From the NCBI GenBank assembly GCA_963662585.1, contig OY759729.1, positions 928,001 to 992,000 of the forward strand: 64,000 nucleotides of DNA, given 5' to 3'. The DNA comes from Candidatus Cloacimonadales bacterium. GTDB taxonomy: Bacteria; Cloacimonadota; Cloacimonadia; Cloacimonadales; JAFGVF01. Position 1 is the stretch's first letter; each line of letters starts with the position of its first letter. The translations under genes and the position numbers were made by a program. Shown in pieces: positions 48,599 through 57,030 of this stretch. The notes under the pieces were generated by a model. It was not told where the DNA came from and ran no database searches. It saw nothing but the letters and a program-made list of their open reading frames with translations.

Positions 48599-48926
48599 TT
48601 ATATTAAAAATCGGAAACAATATTTAGAATTTTATAGAATTCAGAAGAAGATTCACTCTAATTATTTTTTAGTTCTGTGTCGTAAAGACACAGAATCTTC
48701 TTTATTTTCTGTTGGAATAACAGTTACTAAGAAAATTGGAAATGCAGTTACCCGTAATAGAATTAAACGCCGAGTTAAGGCATATTTAAGACAAGTTATG
48801 AACACAAATATCAGTGGGATGATGATCAATATTATAGCGATTAAAGATTCATCAGAAATATCATGGAGTGAATTCGTAAATGAATTTGATTATCTTATTA
48901 AGAAAATTGAACAGATTAATAACTAA
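48540..48926 (+). CDS. rnpA: Ribonuclease P protein component (start uncertain)
   Basis: [20 protein letters not shown] (RNR motif); position after rpmH. Confidence 0.93.
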   Translation: MVEGCLVQEELKAEKDLQFNYIKNRKQYLEFYRIQKKIHSNYFLVLCRKDTESSLFSVGITVTKKIGNAVTRNRIKRRVKAYLRQVMNTNISGMMINIIAIKDSSEISWSEFVNEFDYLIKKIEQINN

Positions 48927-49149
48927 AATTACTCATTTAGTGAATTTACTATTCATTTTTATTATACGATTGTATAAAAACTACATATCCCCACTATTCC
49001 CAGCTACCTGTAGGTTTACTCCTACTTGTAGTACATATGCGACTCAAGCATTTAGAAAATACTCTTTTTTCTATGCTCTATACTTGTCTACGAAAAGAGT
49101 TCTAAAATGCCATCCATACCACCCCGGTGGATATGATCCGTTAAAATAA
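48880..49149 (+). CDS. yidD: Membrane protein insertion efficiency factor YidD
   Basis: ISPLFPATCRFTPTCSTYA...KCHPYHPGGYDP. Confidence 0.95.
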   Translation: MNLIILLRKLNRLITKITHLVNLLFIFIIRLYKNYISPLFPATCRFTPTCSTYATQAFRKYSFFYALYLSTKRVLKCHPYHPGGYDPLK

Positions 49150-49162
49150 CTTAGGAGGACAT

Positions 49163-50983
49163 TTGAATAGGAAGACCCTATTAGCGATTGTATTAATGTT
49201 TCTAACATATTGGCTGTTTAACACTTATTTCTTTCCTAAACAGCAAGTTACAAGAACACAAGAAAGCACAAGCGAAGCAGTAAAACAGGCAAAAGAGATT
49301 TTATCCAAGCCAGTAATTAACTTAACCAATGATGGGATATTAATCTTTAGTGATTATCAAGATGGAGAGATTAGATTCAACTTTGATGGTAGTGAGCCAA
49401 CTACAAACAATCAATTATATCAAGGAATTATTCCGGTAACAGATCCGGATCAAGTAACAAAAATTAGAGCAAAAGTTTTTTATAATAATCAAGAATCTAA
49501 TACAGCCTTTTACACCAAGAATTTAAAGAAAGATGATATTCAACAAAGTAGCGATTTAGAGCCTGTTGTTCTAGAAAATGATAAACTTAGATTAATCCTA
49601 TCTCCCAAAGATGGAGTTATCACTGAGATTTTTGTTAAAGATTTCGCAATGGGAAAAGATAATATAGTTCAGTTAGTTCCTGAAAAGGCTAATATTGGTT
49701 CTATAGAAATCGAAGGTGAAGATCTTAGTAATTTAATTTACTTCAAAGATGTTAGCCAAACAAGCGTAAAATTCTATTTAAAAGATGTTAATGAGCAGAT
49801 GATTTTTGCTAAAGAATACAAATTAAATGACAATTATCAAGTTGATTTTAATCTTTACTTTACATCATCAAATTATAAGCAAGATTATATAATCAAAGTT
49901 CCTGGAATTGCAGATACTGAGAACCTTAGTTATAAATTATCACATCCAGAAAAATACTTTAAAAACAAAGTCCAAGATTACAAGTTAATCGCCTTGGATA
50001 CCAATGAAATCTTTAAGCAAACTTTAGCGAAATTAGAATCTAACAAGTATGAAAGTGCAACTGACAATGTAAAATGGGTTGCCACAAGATCTAAATACTT
50101 CGTAATATCTTTATTTGCTGACAAGATTATTGCAGACAAGAAATTTACTGGAACAATGGAAAATATGAGTCCTGCTTTTAATTTAATCGTAGAAGATTCT
50201 GACTTTGAATATGAGTTTGAACCTTTTTATTTCTATTTTGGTCCTGTAGACAAGGATTATATTGAGACTTTTGATTCAACCCTAATTTTTGATAGAGTTA
50301 TCGAAAGAAGTTGGACTTGGCTTCACTGGTTATCAAAGCTTTTTGAAATTGTGATGAAAAATCTAGCTAAAGTAATTCCAAATTATGGTATAGTAATCAT
50401 AATTTTTGCCTTTTTAATTAAGCTTTTACTCTATCCATTAACTCACAAGAGTTTTGAGAACAGTATGAAAATGCAGAGGGTACAGCCTTACTTAAGTGAA
50501 ATCCAGAAAAAGTATAAGAGTGATCCTTTGAAGATGAATCAAGAAATGAGTAAGGTTAAGAAAGAGCATGGAGTAAGTACTCTTGGTGGATGTTTACCAA
50601 TGCTAATTCAAATGCCAATATTCTTCGCTTTATACCCAACTCTTAGGTATTCTATCGCTTTAAGAGGAGCAACTTTCTTTGGCTGGTTACAGGATTTATC
50701 AGCACCAGACCCATATTATATACTGCCAATAATAATGGGAATATTTATGTTTATTCAACAAAAAATGATGACAAATACTCAAATGAATAGCAACTCACCG
50801 GAGATAGATGAAAAACAACAAGCTATGATGCAGAGTCAAAAGATGATGGCTTATATTCTTCCAGTGATGATGTTTTTCTTCTTCCGAAATCTTCCGTCCG
50901 GATTAGTATTATACTGGACAGTATTTAACATTTTGTCTATCGTTCAACAACACTACATTAACAAAAAATTTAGAGGACAGTAG
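49163..50983 (+). CDS. yidC: Membrane protein insertase YidC
   Basis: NYGIVII, GGCLPMLIQMPIFFALY, DLSAPDPYYILP, PSGLVLYW. Confidence 0.96.
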   Translation: MNRKTLLAIVLMFLTYWLFNTYFFPKQQVTRTQESTSEAVKQAKEILSKPVINLTNDGILIFSDYQDGEIRFNFDGSEPTTNNQLYQGIIPVTDPDQVTKIRAKVFYNNQESNTAFYTKNLKKDDIQQSSDLEPVVLENDKLRLILSPKDGVITEIFVKDFAMGKDNIVQLVPEKANIGSIEIEGEDLSNLIYFKDVSQTSVKFYLKDVNEQMIFAKEYKLNDNYQVDFNLYFTSSNYKQDYIIKVPGIADTENLSYKLSHPEKYFKNKVQDYKLIALDTNEIFKQTLAKLESNKYESATDNVKWVATRSKYFVISLFADKIIADKKFTGTMENMSPAFNLIVEDSDFEYEFEPFYFYFGPVDKDYIETFDSTLIFDRVIERSWTWLHWLSKLFEIVMKNLAKVIPNYGIVIIIFAFLIKLLLYPLTHKSFENSMKMQRVQPYLSEIQKKYKSDPLKMNQEMSKVKKEHGVSTLGGCLPMLIQMPIFFALYPTLRYSIALRGATFFGWLQDLSAPDPYYILPIIMGIFMFIQQKMMTNTQMNSNSPEIDEKQQAMMQSQKMMAYILPVMMFFFFRNLPSGLVLYWTVFNILSIVQQHYINKKFRGQ

Positions 50984-50984
50984 T

Positions 50985-51806
50985 ATGGAAGCAATAATTT
51001 TGACTGGGAGTTCAGTCGAAAAAATATTAGAAGAGTTTAGTCGTGGGCGAAAAATCAAGCTTGACGACATACAGTACGAAGTTATAGAAGAGGGAAAATC
51101 TGGTTTTTTAGGATTTTTTGGTTCTAAGAAAGCCCAGATTAAGATTACCTCTTTTGGTATCAAACAAGAAGTAATGACCTTTTTAGAAAAACTTTTAGAT
51201 AAAATGGAAATAGAATTTGTAGATATTGAGGAGTCCGAAACCAAAGATTCTTTAAATTATCACATTGTTGGTTCATCTGATCCAGGATTCTTAATAGGGA
51301 AAGAGGCTCGTTTCCTTAACAATATGCAGTATCTTATTAATAGAATTTTTGAAGATAAAACTTCTACTAAAAGAATCTATCTTGATGTTGATAATTATAA
51401 AGAGCGTCAAGCTGAACAGGTCATCAGAAAATATGAGCCTATCTTAGACAAGGTAGTATCCAATCAAAAACCATATACATTAGAACCGCTAGATCCTAAT
51501 ATTCGTCGTGTAATTCACAAATTTATTGAGAGTCGTCCAGAAATTAGCACTCTTACTATCGGTGAAGGAAAGATGAAAAGAATCGTTGTTTTCCCAAAAG
51601 ATTATGATCAAACAAAGATTCGTAAAAGGTCTTATACCCCACCTTCAAGAAGGACTAATAATAATCAAGACAATAGCGATAGAAAAGCTAATCCTCGTCC
51701 ACATAGCAAAACTGCCTCTACTGCAAATAGCCCTAAGACAGGATTTAAACCGCGTAAAAAGCCTTATCGCAAACCAAAGAAACAATCGGACAGTGATACT
51801 GAATAG
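50985..51806 (+). CDS. jag: Jag/KhpB (EloR) RNA-binding protein
   Basis: Jag_N 'GFLGFFGSKKA', KH 'LIGK', R3H 'RRVIH'. Confidence 0.9.
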   Translation: MEAIILTGSSVEKILEEFSRGRKIKLDDIQYEVIEEGKSGFLGFFGSKKAQIKITSFGIKQEVMTFLEKLLDKMEIEFVDIEESETKDSLNYHIVGSSDPGFLIGKEARFLNNMQYLINRIFEDKTSTKRIYLDVDNYKERQAEQVIRKYEPILDKVVSNQKPYTLEPLDPNIRRVIHKFIESRPEISTLTIGEGKMKRIVVFPKDYDQTKIRKRSYTPPSRRTNNNQDNSDRKANPRPHSKTASTANSPKTGFKPRKKPYRKPKKQSDSDTE

Positions 51807-51813
51807 CTGATAT

Positions 51814-52602
51814 ATGCTAAAAATAAAAATTATAGATGCCGGGCATTTTTATTCTGATGCTGGTGCTTCTTTAGGAAATCTTCCTCGGTCAATCTGGGGA
51901 AGATTTCTTACAGTTGATGAAAAACACAGAATGCGTCTAAATCTTAATCTATTATTGATTGAGCTTGGTGAAAGAGTAATACTTGTTGATACAGGAATTG
52001 GGAATAAAATGACAGAGAAAGAGAGGAAAATCTTCTCTCCTAGCTTTCGTTCTTTTGACACCGCCTTAGCAGATTATGGACTTAGGACTGACTCGATAAC
52101 TGATGTTATAATGACCCATCTTCATCATGATCATGCAGGTGGAATCGTAAGTTATGATCAAGAAGGTGAAGAGTATTTAACCTTTAGTAAGGCAACTTTT
52201 CATATTCAGCAATCAGAATGGCAGATAGCTAAGTACCCTGATGATTTGAATAGGGCGGCTTATGACTTCGAGCGTAATTTAAAACTCTTGGAGGAAAAAG
52301 GCAAACTCAATATCATAGATGGTGATTATAGTCTGTGTGATGGTGTCTCTCTCAAACTTGTGGGCGGACATTCTGAAGGGATGCAAATTATTATTATTAA
52401 TAGTAAAGAAGAGAAATACATCTATGCTGGGGATATAATTCCTTCGGCTACATATTTAAAAATCCCTATAACCTCTGCTTATGATGTTTGTCGTAGAGAT
52501 ACAGTTACAGCCAAGAAATGGATATTAGAGAAGCTTGAAAACGAGGGTTATAAATTGATTTATGATCATTCAACAGAGGAGCTATTTTATGCTAAAAAGT
52601 AG
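51814..52602 (+). CDS. MBL-fold metallo-hydrolase (YtnP-like)
   Basis: LVDTGIG, THLHHDHAGG, GGHS motifs. Confidence 0.88.
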   Translation: MLKIKIIDAGHFYSDAGASLGNLPRSIWGRFLTVDEKHRMRLNLNLLLIELGERVILVDTGIGNKMTEKERKIFSPSFRSFDTALADYGLRTDSITDVIMTHLHHDHAGGIVSYDQEGEEYLTFSKATFHIQQSEWQIAKYPDDLNRAAYDFERNLKLLEEKGKLNIIDGDYSLCDGVSLKLVGGHSEGMQIIIINSKEEKYIYAGDIIPSATYLKIPITSAYDVCRRDTVTAKKWILEKLENEGYKLIYDHSTEELFYAKK

Positions 52603-53440
52603 GATTTCCTTATTAATAATTCTAGTGGTAGGAGCTGGATTATTATTGAGCAGTTGTATAAACAAAGATAATAAAAATCCAAAAGGAATTGTAGTAACTT
52701 CTCCTGAAGTGGCTGAAATAATTGCTGATTTAGGTGGATTAGACTTAATCATTGCTCGTACTGAATATTGTGATTACCCTCCTGAGATGCAAGAGATTGA
52801 ATCAATTGGAGATTTCAGTTCTATTAATATAGAAAGAGTAATTGCTCTTAAGCCCCGCTTGATTTTTACTGCAGCCTTTGAACAAGAAGAGTTTTATGAT
52901 AAATTACAAGCTTTTGGCATTGAAGTTGTAAAAATTCATTCAAATTCTTTAGCTTCTTATTATGAAAATGTCCAGTTAATAGCTGATAAATTAAAGCTTA
53001 CAGATAAGGCTTCTGAATTAATAACAAGCTTTAAGCATGATGAAAAGAGCCTTACCCTACCTAGTAATCATCCTAAAGTCTATTTTGAAATATCTCCTAA
53101 TTTAGGAACAGTTACTAACAGCTCTTTCATTGGAGATATAATTATAAAAGCTGGTGGTATCAATATCTTTGGTGAAATTAATAAAGACTTTTTAATAGCC
53201 AAGAATGAAGATATAGTTGAAGCAAATCCTGATGTTATAATTGCCTTATCATATATGAGTAAAGAAGAAATTTCTTTAAGAAGGGGTTGGCAAGATATCA
53301 ATGCTGTAAAGCAAGGACGAATTTATACTGTTGATGATATAGATATTGACACTATAATGAGAACAGTTCCTCGTTCAACTGAAGCACTAAAAAAATTTAA
53401 CCAATGGTTCTTAGATTATGACAAAACACAAGATAATTAA
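52589..53440 (+). CDS. BtuF-like cobalamin/iron ABC substrate-binding lipoprotein
   Basis: ATG 52589 after GAGGAG; lipobox LSSC; 'TEYCDYP', 'NIERVIALKP', 'W..INAVKQGRIY'. Confidence 0.85.
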   Translation: MLKSRISLLIILVVGAGLLLSSCINKDNKNPKGIVVTSPEVAEIIADLGGLDLIIARTEYCDYPPEMQEIESIGDFSSINIERVIALKPRLIFTAAFEQEEFYDKLQAFGIEVVKIHSNSLASYYENVQLIADKLKLTDKASELITSFKHDEKSLTLPSNHPKVYFEISPNLGTVTNSSFIGDIIIKAGGINIFGEINKDFLIAKNEDIVEANPDVIIALSYMSKEEISLRRGWQDINAVKQGRIYTVDDIDIDTIMRTVPRSTEALKKFNQWFLDYDKTQDN

Positions 53441-54350
53441 TACCTACTTAGGCTTAGGTTTTCTTTTACTAGCTGTCTCATTTCTCTATTTATATTATAA
53501 AGTTCCTTCTACAGAAATCTTAGTAGCTATCAGATTACCTCGCTTTATTCTTACCCTCCTTACAGGGGTAGTATTGGCTTCAGTGGGTAATATATATCAG
53601 ATGCTTTTAAATAATCCCTTAGCAGAGCCCTATATACTAGGCACAAGCTCTGGTTCTGCACTTTTTTCCATCACTGCCTACATCATGGGATTCACCTATT
53701 TAATGCCTCTTTTTGGTTTCGCAGGTGCTGTCCTAGCTATGACTTTAGTTTGGTTCATCGCCAAGACTGGCTCTGGGATTAATACAGTGAAATTAATCCT
53801 TTCAGGTATTATCGTCTCAATGATCTGTTCTGCAATAATCTCACTCTACATCTACCTCTTCCCTAATCAAATTACTATCATTATGGGAACATTAATGGGC
53901 AGTCTTAATCATGTTTTCACTAACTTGGAATATTACATATTTCTGGCTTTAGTTGCAATATCTATCCTTCTTCTTACCTATCTTTACTTCCTTTCAAATA
54001 GTCTTAATATTATCTCAACAGGAGAATTAACAGCACATTCACTGGGAGTTGATACTGCCAAAATCAGAAAGCAGATCTTTGTTATTACATCTATTCTTAT
54101 TGCAATTGTTACTTCTTATGCAGGGATCATTGGTTTTGTGGGTTTAATTATTCCCCATATTGTAAGAATGATTTGTGGTGATAATCTAAGAAACAACTAT
54201 TTTATTACTATGATCATCGGAGGAATTTTTCTCATCCTCTGTGATTTCGTGGCTTATCATATTAGCCCCTTTGGAGAATTACCAGTAGGAATAATAACTA
54301 CAATCATTGGTAGTTTCTTCTTCATTTCAATATTGAGAAAAAGGAATTAA
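53418..54350 (+). CDS. FecCD/BtuC-family ABC permease
   Basis: IRLPR, NPLAEPYILG, AHSLGV, IGFVGLIIPH, ELPVG. Confidence 0.92.
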   Translation: MTKHKIINTYLGLGFLLLAVSFLYLYYKVPSTEILVAIRLPRFILTLLTGVVLASVGNIYQMLLNNPLAEPYILGTSSGSALFSITAYIMGFTYLMPLFGFAGAVLAMTLVWFIAKTGSGINTVKLILSGIIVSMICSAIISLYIYLFPNQITIIMGTLMGSLNHVFTNLEYYIFLALVAISILLLTYLYFLSNSLNIISTGELTAHSLGVDTAKIRKQIFVITSILIAIVTSYAGIIGFVGLIIPHIVRMICGDNLRNNYFITMIIGGIFLILCDFVAYHISPFGELPVGIITTIIGSFFFISILRKRN

Positions 54351-54351
54351 A

Positions 54352-55224
54352 ATGGAATATATTAGAAAGCTTACCAAAGAAGACAAGGACAAAATACTTG
54401 CAGTATGTGCAACTATCTGGGATGGAGATGACTATATTCCTCATGTCTTAGATAAATGGATTACTGATCCTAATGGTTACTTTGTCGGACTTTTTGAGGA
54501 AGATAAACTTCTTGGCTTTGGTAGACTTGCCTCGCATGGTGATGGTAACTTTTGGTTGGAAGGTCTTAGAAAAGATCACTCCTTAAAAGTTAAAGGTGTA
54601 GGAAAGAAAATAGCTGATTATCTTATAAAAATTGCCATTGATCACGAGTTTAAATCCTTGAAATTCTCAACCTATATTGATAATGTTGAATCTATATCAT
54701 TAAATGAAAAGATTGGTTTTGCTAAGATTAAGCAATGGTCATTTTTAGAAGTTCAACAAGATACTTATAAAGATATTTCGTTTTCAGATAGTGATAGCCT
54801 TTCCCAAGATATTACACTTCAACAGTTTATTGATTTTATCAAGACATCAAGTTTCCTTACTGAAATGGATAATTGTCTCTGTGAAGGGTGGAAAGTATAT
54901 GATATTTCTGATGAATATCTTAAAAAGTTATACGAAAAAGCTAGAACTTTTGCTATTATAGAAAATGACGCAATTCAAGCCATGATTTGCTCAATTACTG
55001 ATAACGATGATAATGTTTTTGTTTCCTTCTTTGATTTTAAAACAAAAATACAGTGCCAAGCACTTATCCATAAAGTATTTCAACACGCTACTCAATTAAA
55101 CTCCAGAGCTGTAAGTTCGATAGTTCCTAATCATAATAGAGTAGATTGTCTAGAAAGCTTCGGCTTTGAATCTTGGGAACAGAAAGACGACTTTCTCTTA
55201 TTTGAATATAAAGGTAAAAAATGA
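54352..55224 (+). CDS. GNAT-family N-acetyltransferase
   Basis: 'WLEGLR...KGVGK', 'N..SISLNEKIGF'. Confidence 0.8.
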   Translation: MEYIRKLTKEDKDKILAVCATIWDGDDYIPHVLDKWITDPNGYFVGLFEEDKLLGFGRLASHGDGNFWLEGLRKDHSLKVKGVGKKIADYLIKIAIDHEFKSLKFSTYIDNVESISLNEKIGFAKIKQWSFLEVQQDTYKDISFSDSDSLSQDITLQQFIDFIKTSSFLTEMDNCLCEGWKVYDISDEYLKKLYEKARTFAIIENDAIQAMICSITDNDDNVFVSFFDFKTKIQCQALIHKVFQHATQLNSRAVSSIVPNHNRVDCLESFGFESWEQKDDFLLFEYKGKK

Positions 55225-56720
55225 ATATAAACAGAAGCTCAGGAGTCTTACTCCATCCTACAGCTCTTCCTAATCCCTTTGGAATAGGAGATTTTGGTCT
55301 TGAAGCATATAAATTTATTGATTTCTTAGCTAAGCTAAAACAAGAATACTGGCAGATACTTCCCTTAACTATACCTGAAAAAGGTAACTCTCCTTATTCC
55401 CCTCTTAGTTCTTTTGCAGGAAATCCCCTCCTAATCTCCTTAGAAAAGTTAGTAGAAGATAATTTCTTGCAAGCTTCTGATTTAGAGAGTCTTTCTTCTT
55501 TTAAAAATAAAATAGACTATTCCCAAGTAAAAGAAGAAAAAGAGTTTCTTTTAAAGAAGGCCTTTACCAATTTCTCTGCAGATAATCAAGATTATGCTAA
55601 TTTCTGTAAACATCATTGGTTAGAAGATTATTCTCTTTTTATCACTCTCTATGAAAAGAATGAGAAAAAAGCTTGGAGTGAATGGTCAGAAGAGGAAAAG
55701 AATCCAACTTTATCAGATAAAAATAAGTTAATAGCTAAATTTAATGATCAAGTTAACTACCATAAATTTGTCCAATTTATCTTCCATAAGCAGTGGTTAC
55801 AGTTAAAAAATTATGCTAATCAACAAAATATTCAAATAGTGGGAGATATTCCTATTTATGTTTCCTACAACTCAGCTGATGTCTGGGCTAATAAGCAACT
55901 TTTTCAATTAGATGAAGATGCTAAAGCTCAATTTATTTCTGGTTGCCCGCCTGATGATTTTAATCACAATGGACAAATATGGGAAAATCCCCTCTACGAC
56001 TGGGAAGAAAACAAGAAAGAAGATTATAAATGGTGGAAAGAGAGAATCGGCTATAACCTCGAAGTTTCTGATATTGTCAGACTAGACCACTTCATTGGCT
56101 TTACCCGTTATTGGAGTATTCCTAGCGACTTGTTTGATGCTAAGCTAGGAGAATGGAAACAAGGGCCTGGAGAAGAGCTCTTCATCTCCTTAGAAAAAGC
56201 TATTCCTAATCTTAATATTTTAGCTGAAGACTTAGGTTCACTTACAAAGGAAGTTACTCAACTAAAAGATAATTTCAACTTCCCTGGTATGCTGGTGCTT
56301 CATTACTCCCTTGACGACCATAAGTTTAATACCAAAAATGATCCTTACAAAACTTTTATCTATACAGGCACTCATGATAACAACACTACTAAAGGTTGGT
56401 GGAATGATTATGCCCACAAGCATAATCTTATTAAAGAGAATCTCTATAAATACCTGGCAGAAGTAAGAGAAACATCTGACTTTAGCATCAATCAAGATAC
56501 TATTGCTTTTGATTTAATTGAAGTAGCTTACTCCTCTAATTGTCTTGTTGCCATGGTTCCACTCCAGGATTTTCTTAATCTCGGAGACGACTATAGAATG
56601 AATAGACCTGGCTTTGCTGAAGGTAACTGGGATCTTAGGATTCCTCATAATTATGCAGAACTTATTAATCAAGAATTGGTGACTGAATTGATGAGAAAAT
56701 ATAATAGAATAGCTAATTAA
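55221..56720 (+). CDS. malQ: 4-alpha-glucanotransferase (amylomaltase, GH77)
   Basis: RSSGVLLHPT, WQILPL, GDIPIYV, RLDHFIGF, AEDLG, YTGTHDN. Confidence 0.96.
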   Translation: MNINRSSGVLLHPTALPNPFGIGDFGLEAYKFIDFLAKLKQEYWQILPLTIPEKGNSPYSPLSSFAGNPLLISLEKLVEDNFLQASDLESLSSFKNKIDYSQVKEEKEFLLKKAFTNFSADNQDYANFCKHHWLEDYSLFITLYEKNEKKAWSEWSEEEKNPTLSDKNKLIAKFNDQVNYHKFVQFIFHKQWLQLKNYANQQNIQIVGDIPIYVSYNSADVWANKQLFQLDEDAKAQFISGCPPDDFNHNGQIWENPLYDWEENKKEDYKWWKERIGYNLEVSDIVRLDHFIGFTRYWSIPSDLFDAKLGEWKQGPGEELFISLEKAIPNLNILAEDLGSLTKEVTQLKDNFNFPGMLVLHYSLDDHKFNTKNDPYKTFIYTGTHDNNTTKGWWNDYAHKHNLIKENLYKYLAEVRETSDFSINQDTIAFDLIEVAYSSNCLVAMVPLQDFLNLGDDYRMNRPGFAEGNWDLRIPHNYAELINQELVTELMRKYNRIAN

Positions 56721-56754
56721 AACGGGTATACCAGAGACTTATTTATAAATTTGA

Positions 56755-56962
56755 TTAAACCCTTTGAGTCTTCGCATAAAGCTATGCCTTCACAAGACAG
56801 GGTTATTTCCATAGTTTTGGATATTGTACCTGGGGTGACGATCCCTATAGGATCTTACCCCAGGCTAATCTATTAATCCCTTTTAGGGATATTTTTATCA
56901 TTACATTATTAACTAAACTGTTTGTTATACATTCATCTTTCCAGCAGACTTGAACTTGAGCC
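56755..56962 (-). mobile_element. Truncated second copy of the MITE (one TIR only)
   Basis: Reverse complement of 23613-~23790, ending ...CAGACTTGAACTTGAGCC; no second TIR or TSD visible. Confidence 0.85.
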
Positions 56963-57030
56963 TAAAAAAGTAGAGGCATATCATCATACGCCTCTACAAT
57001 TATCTAAATTATATTCTTTTCTAATAGATG

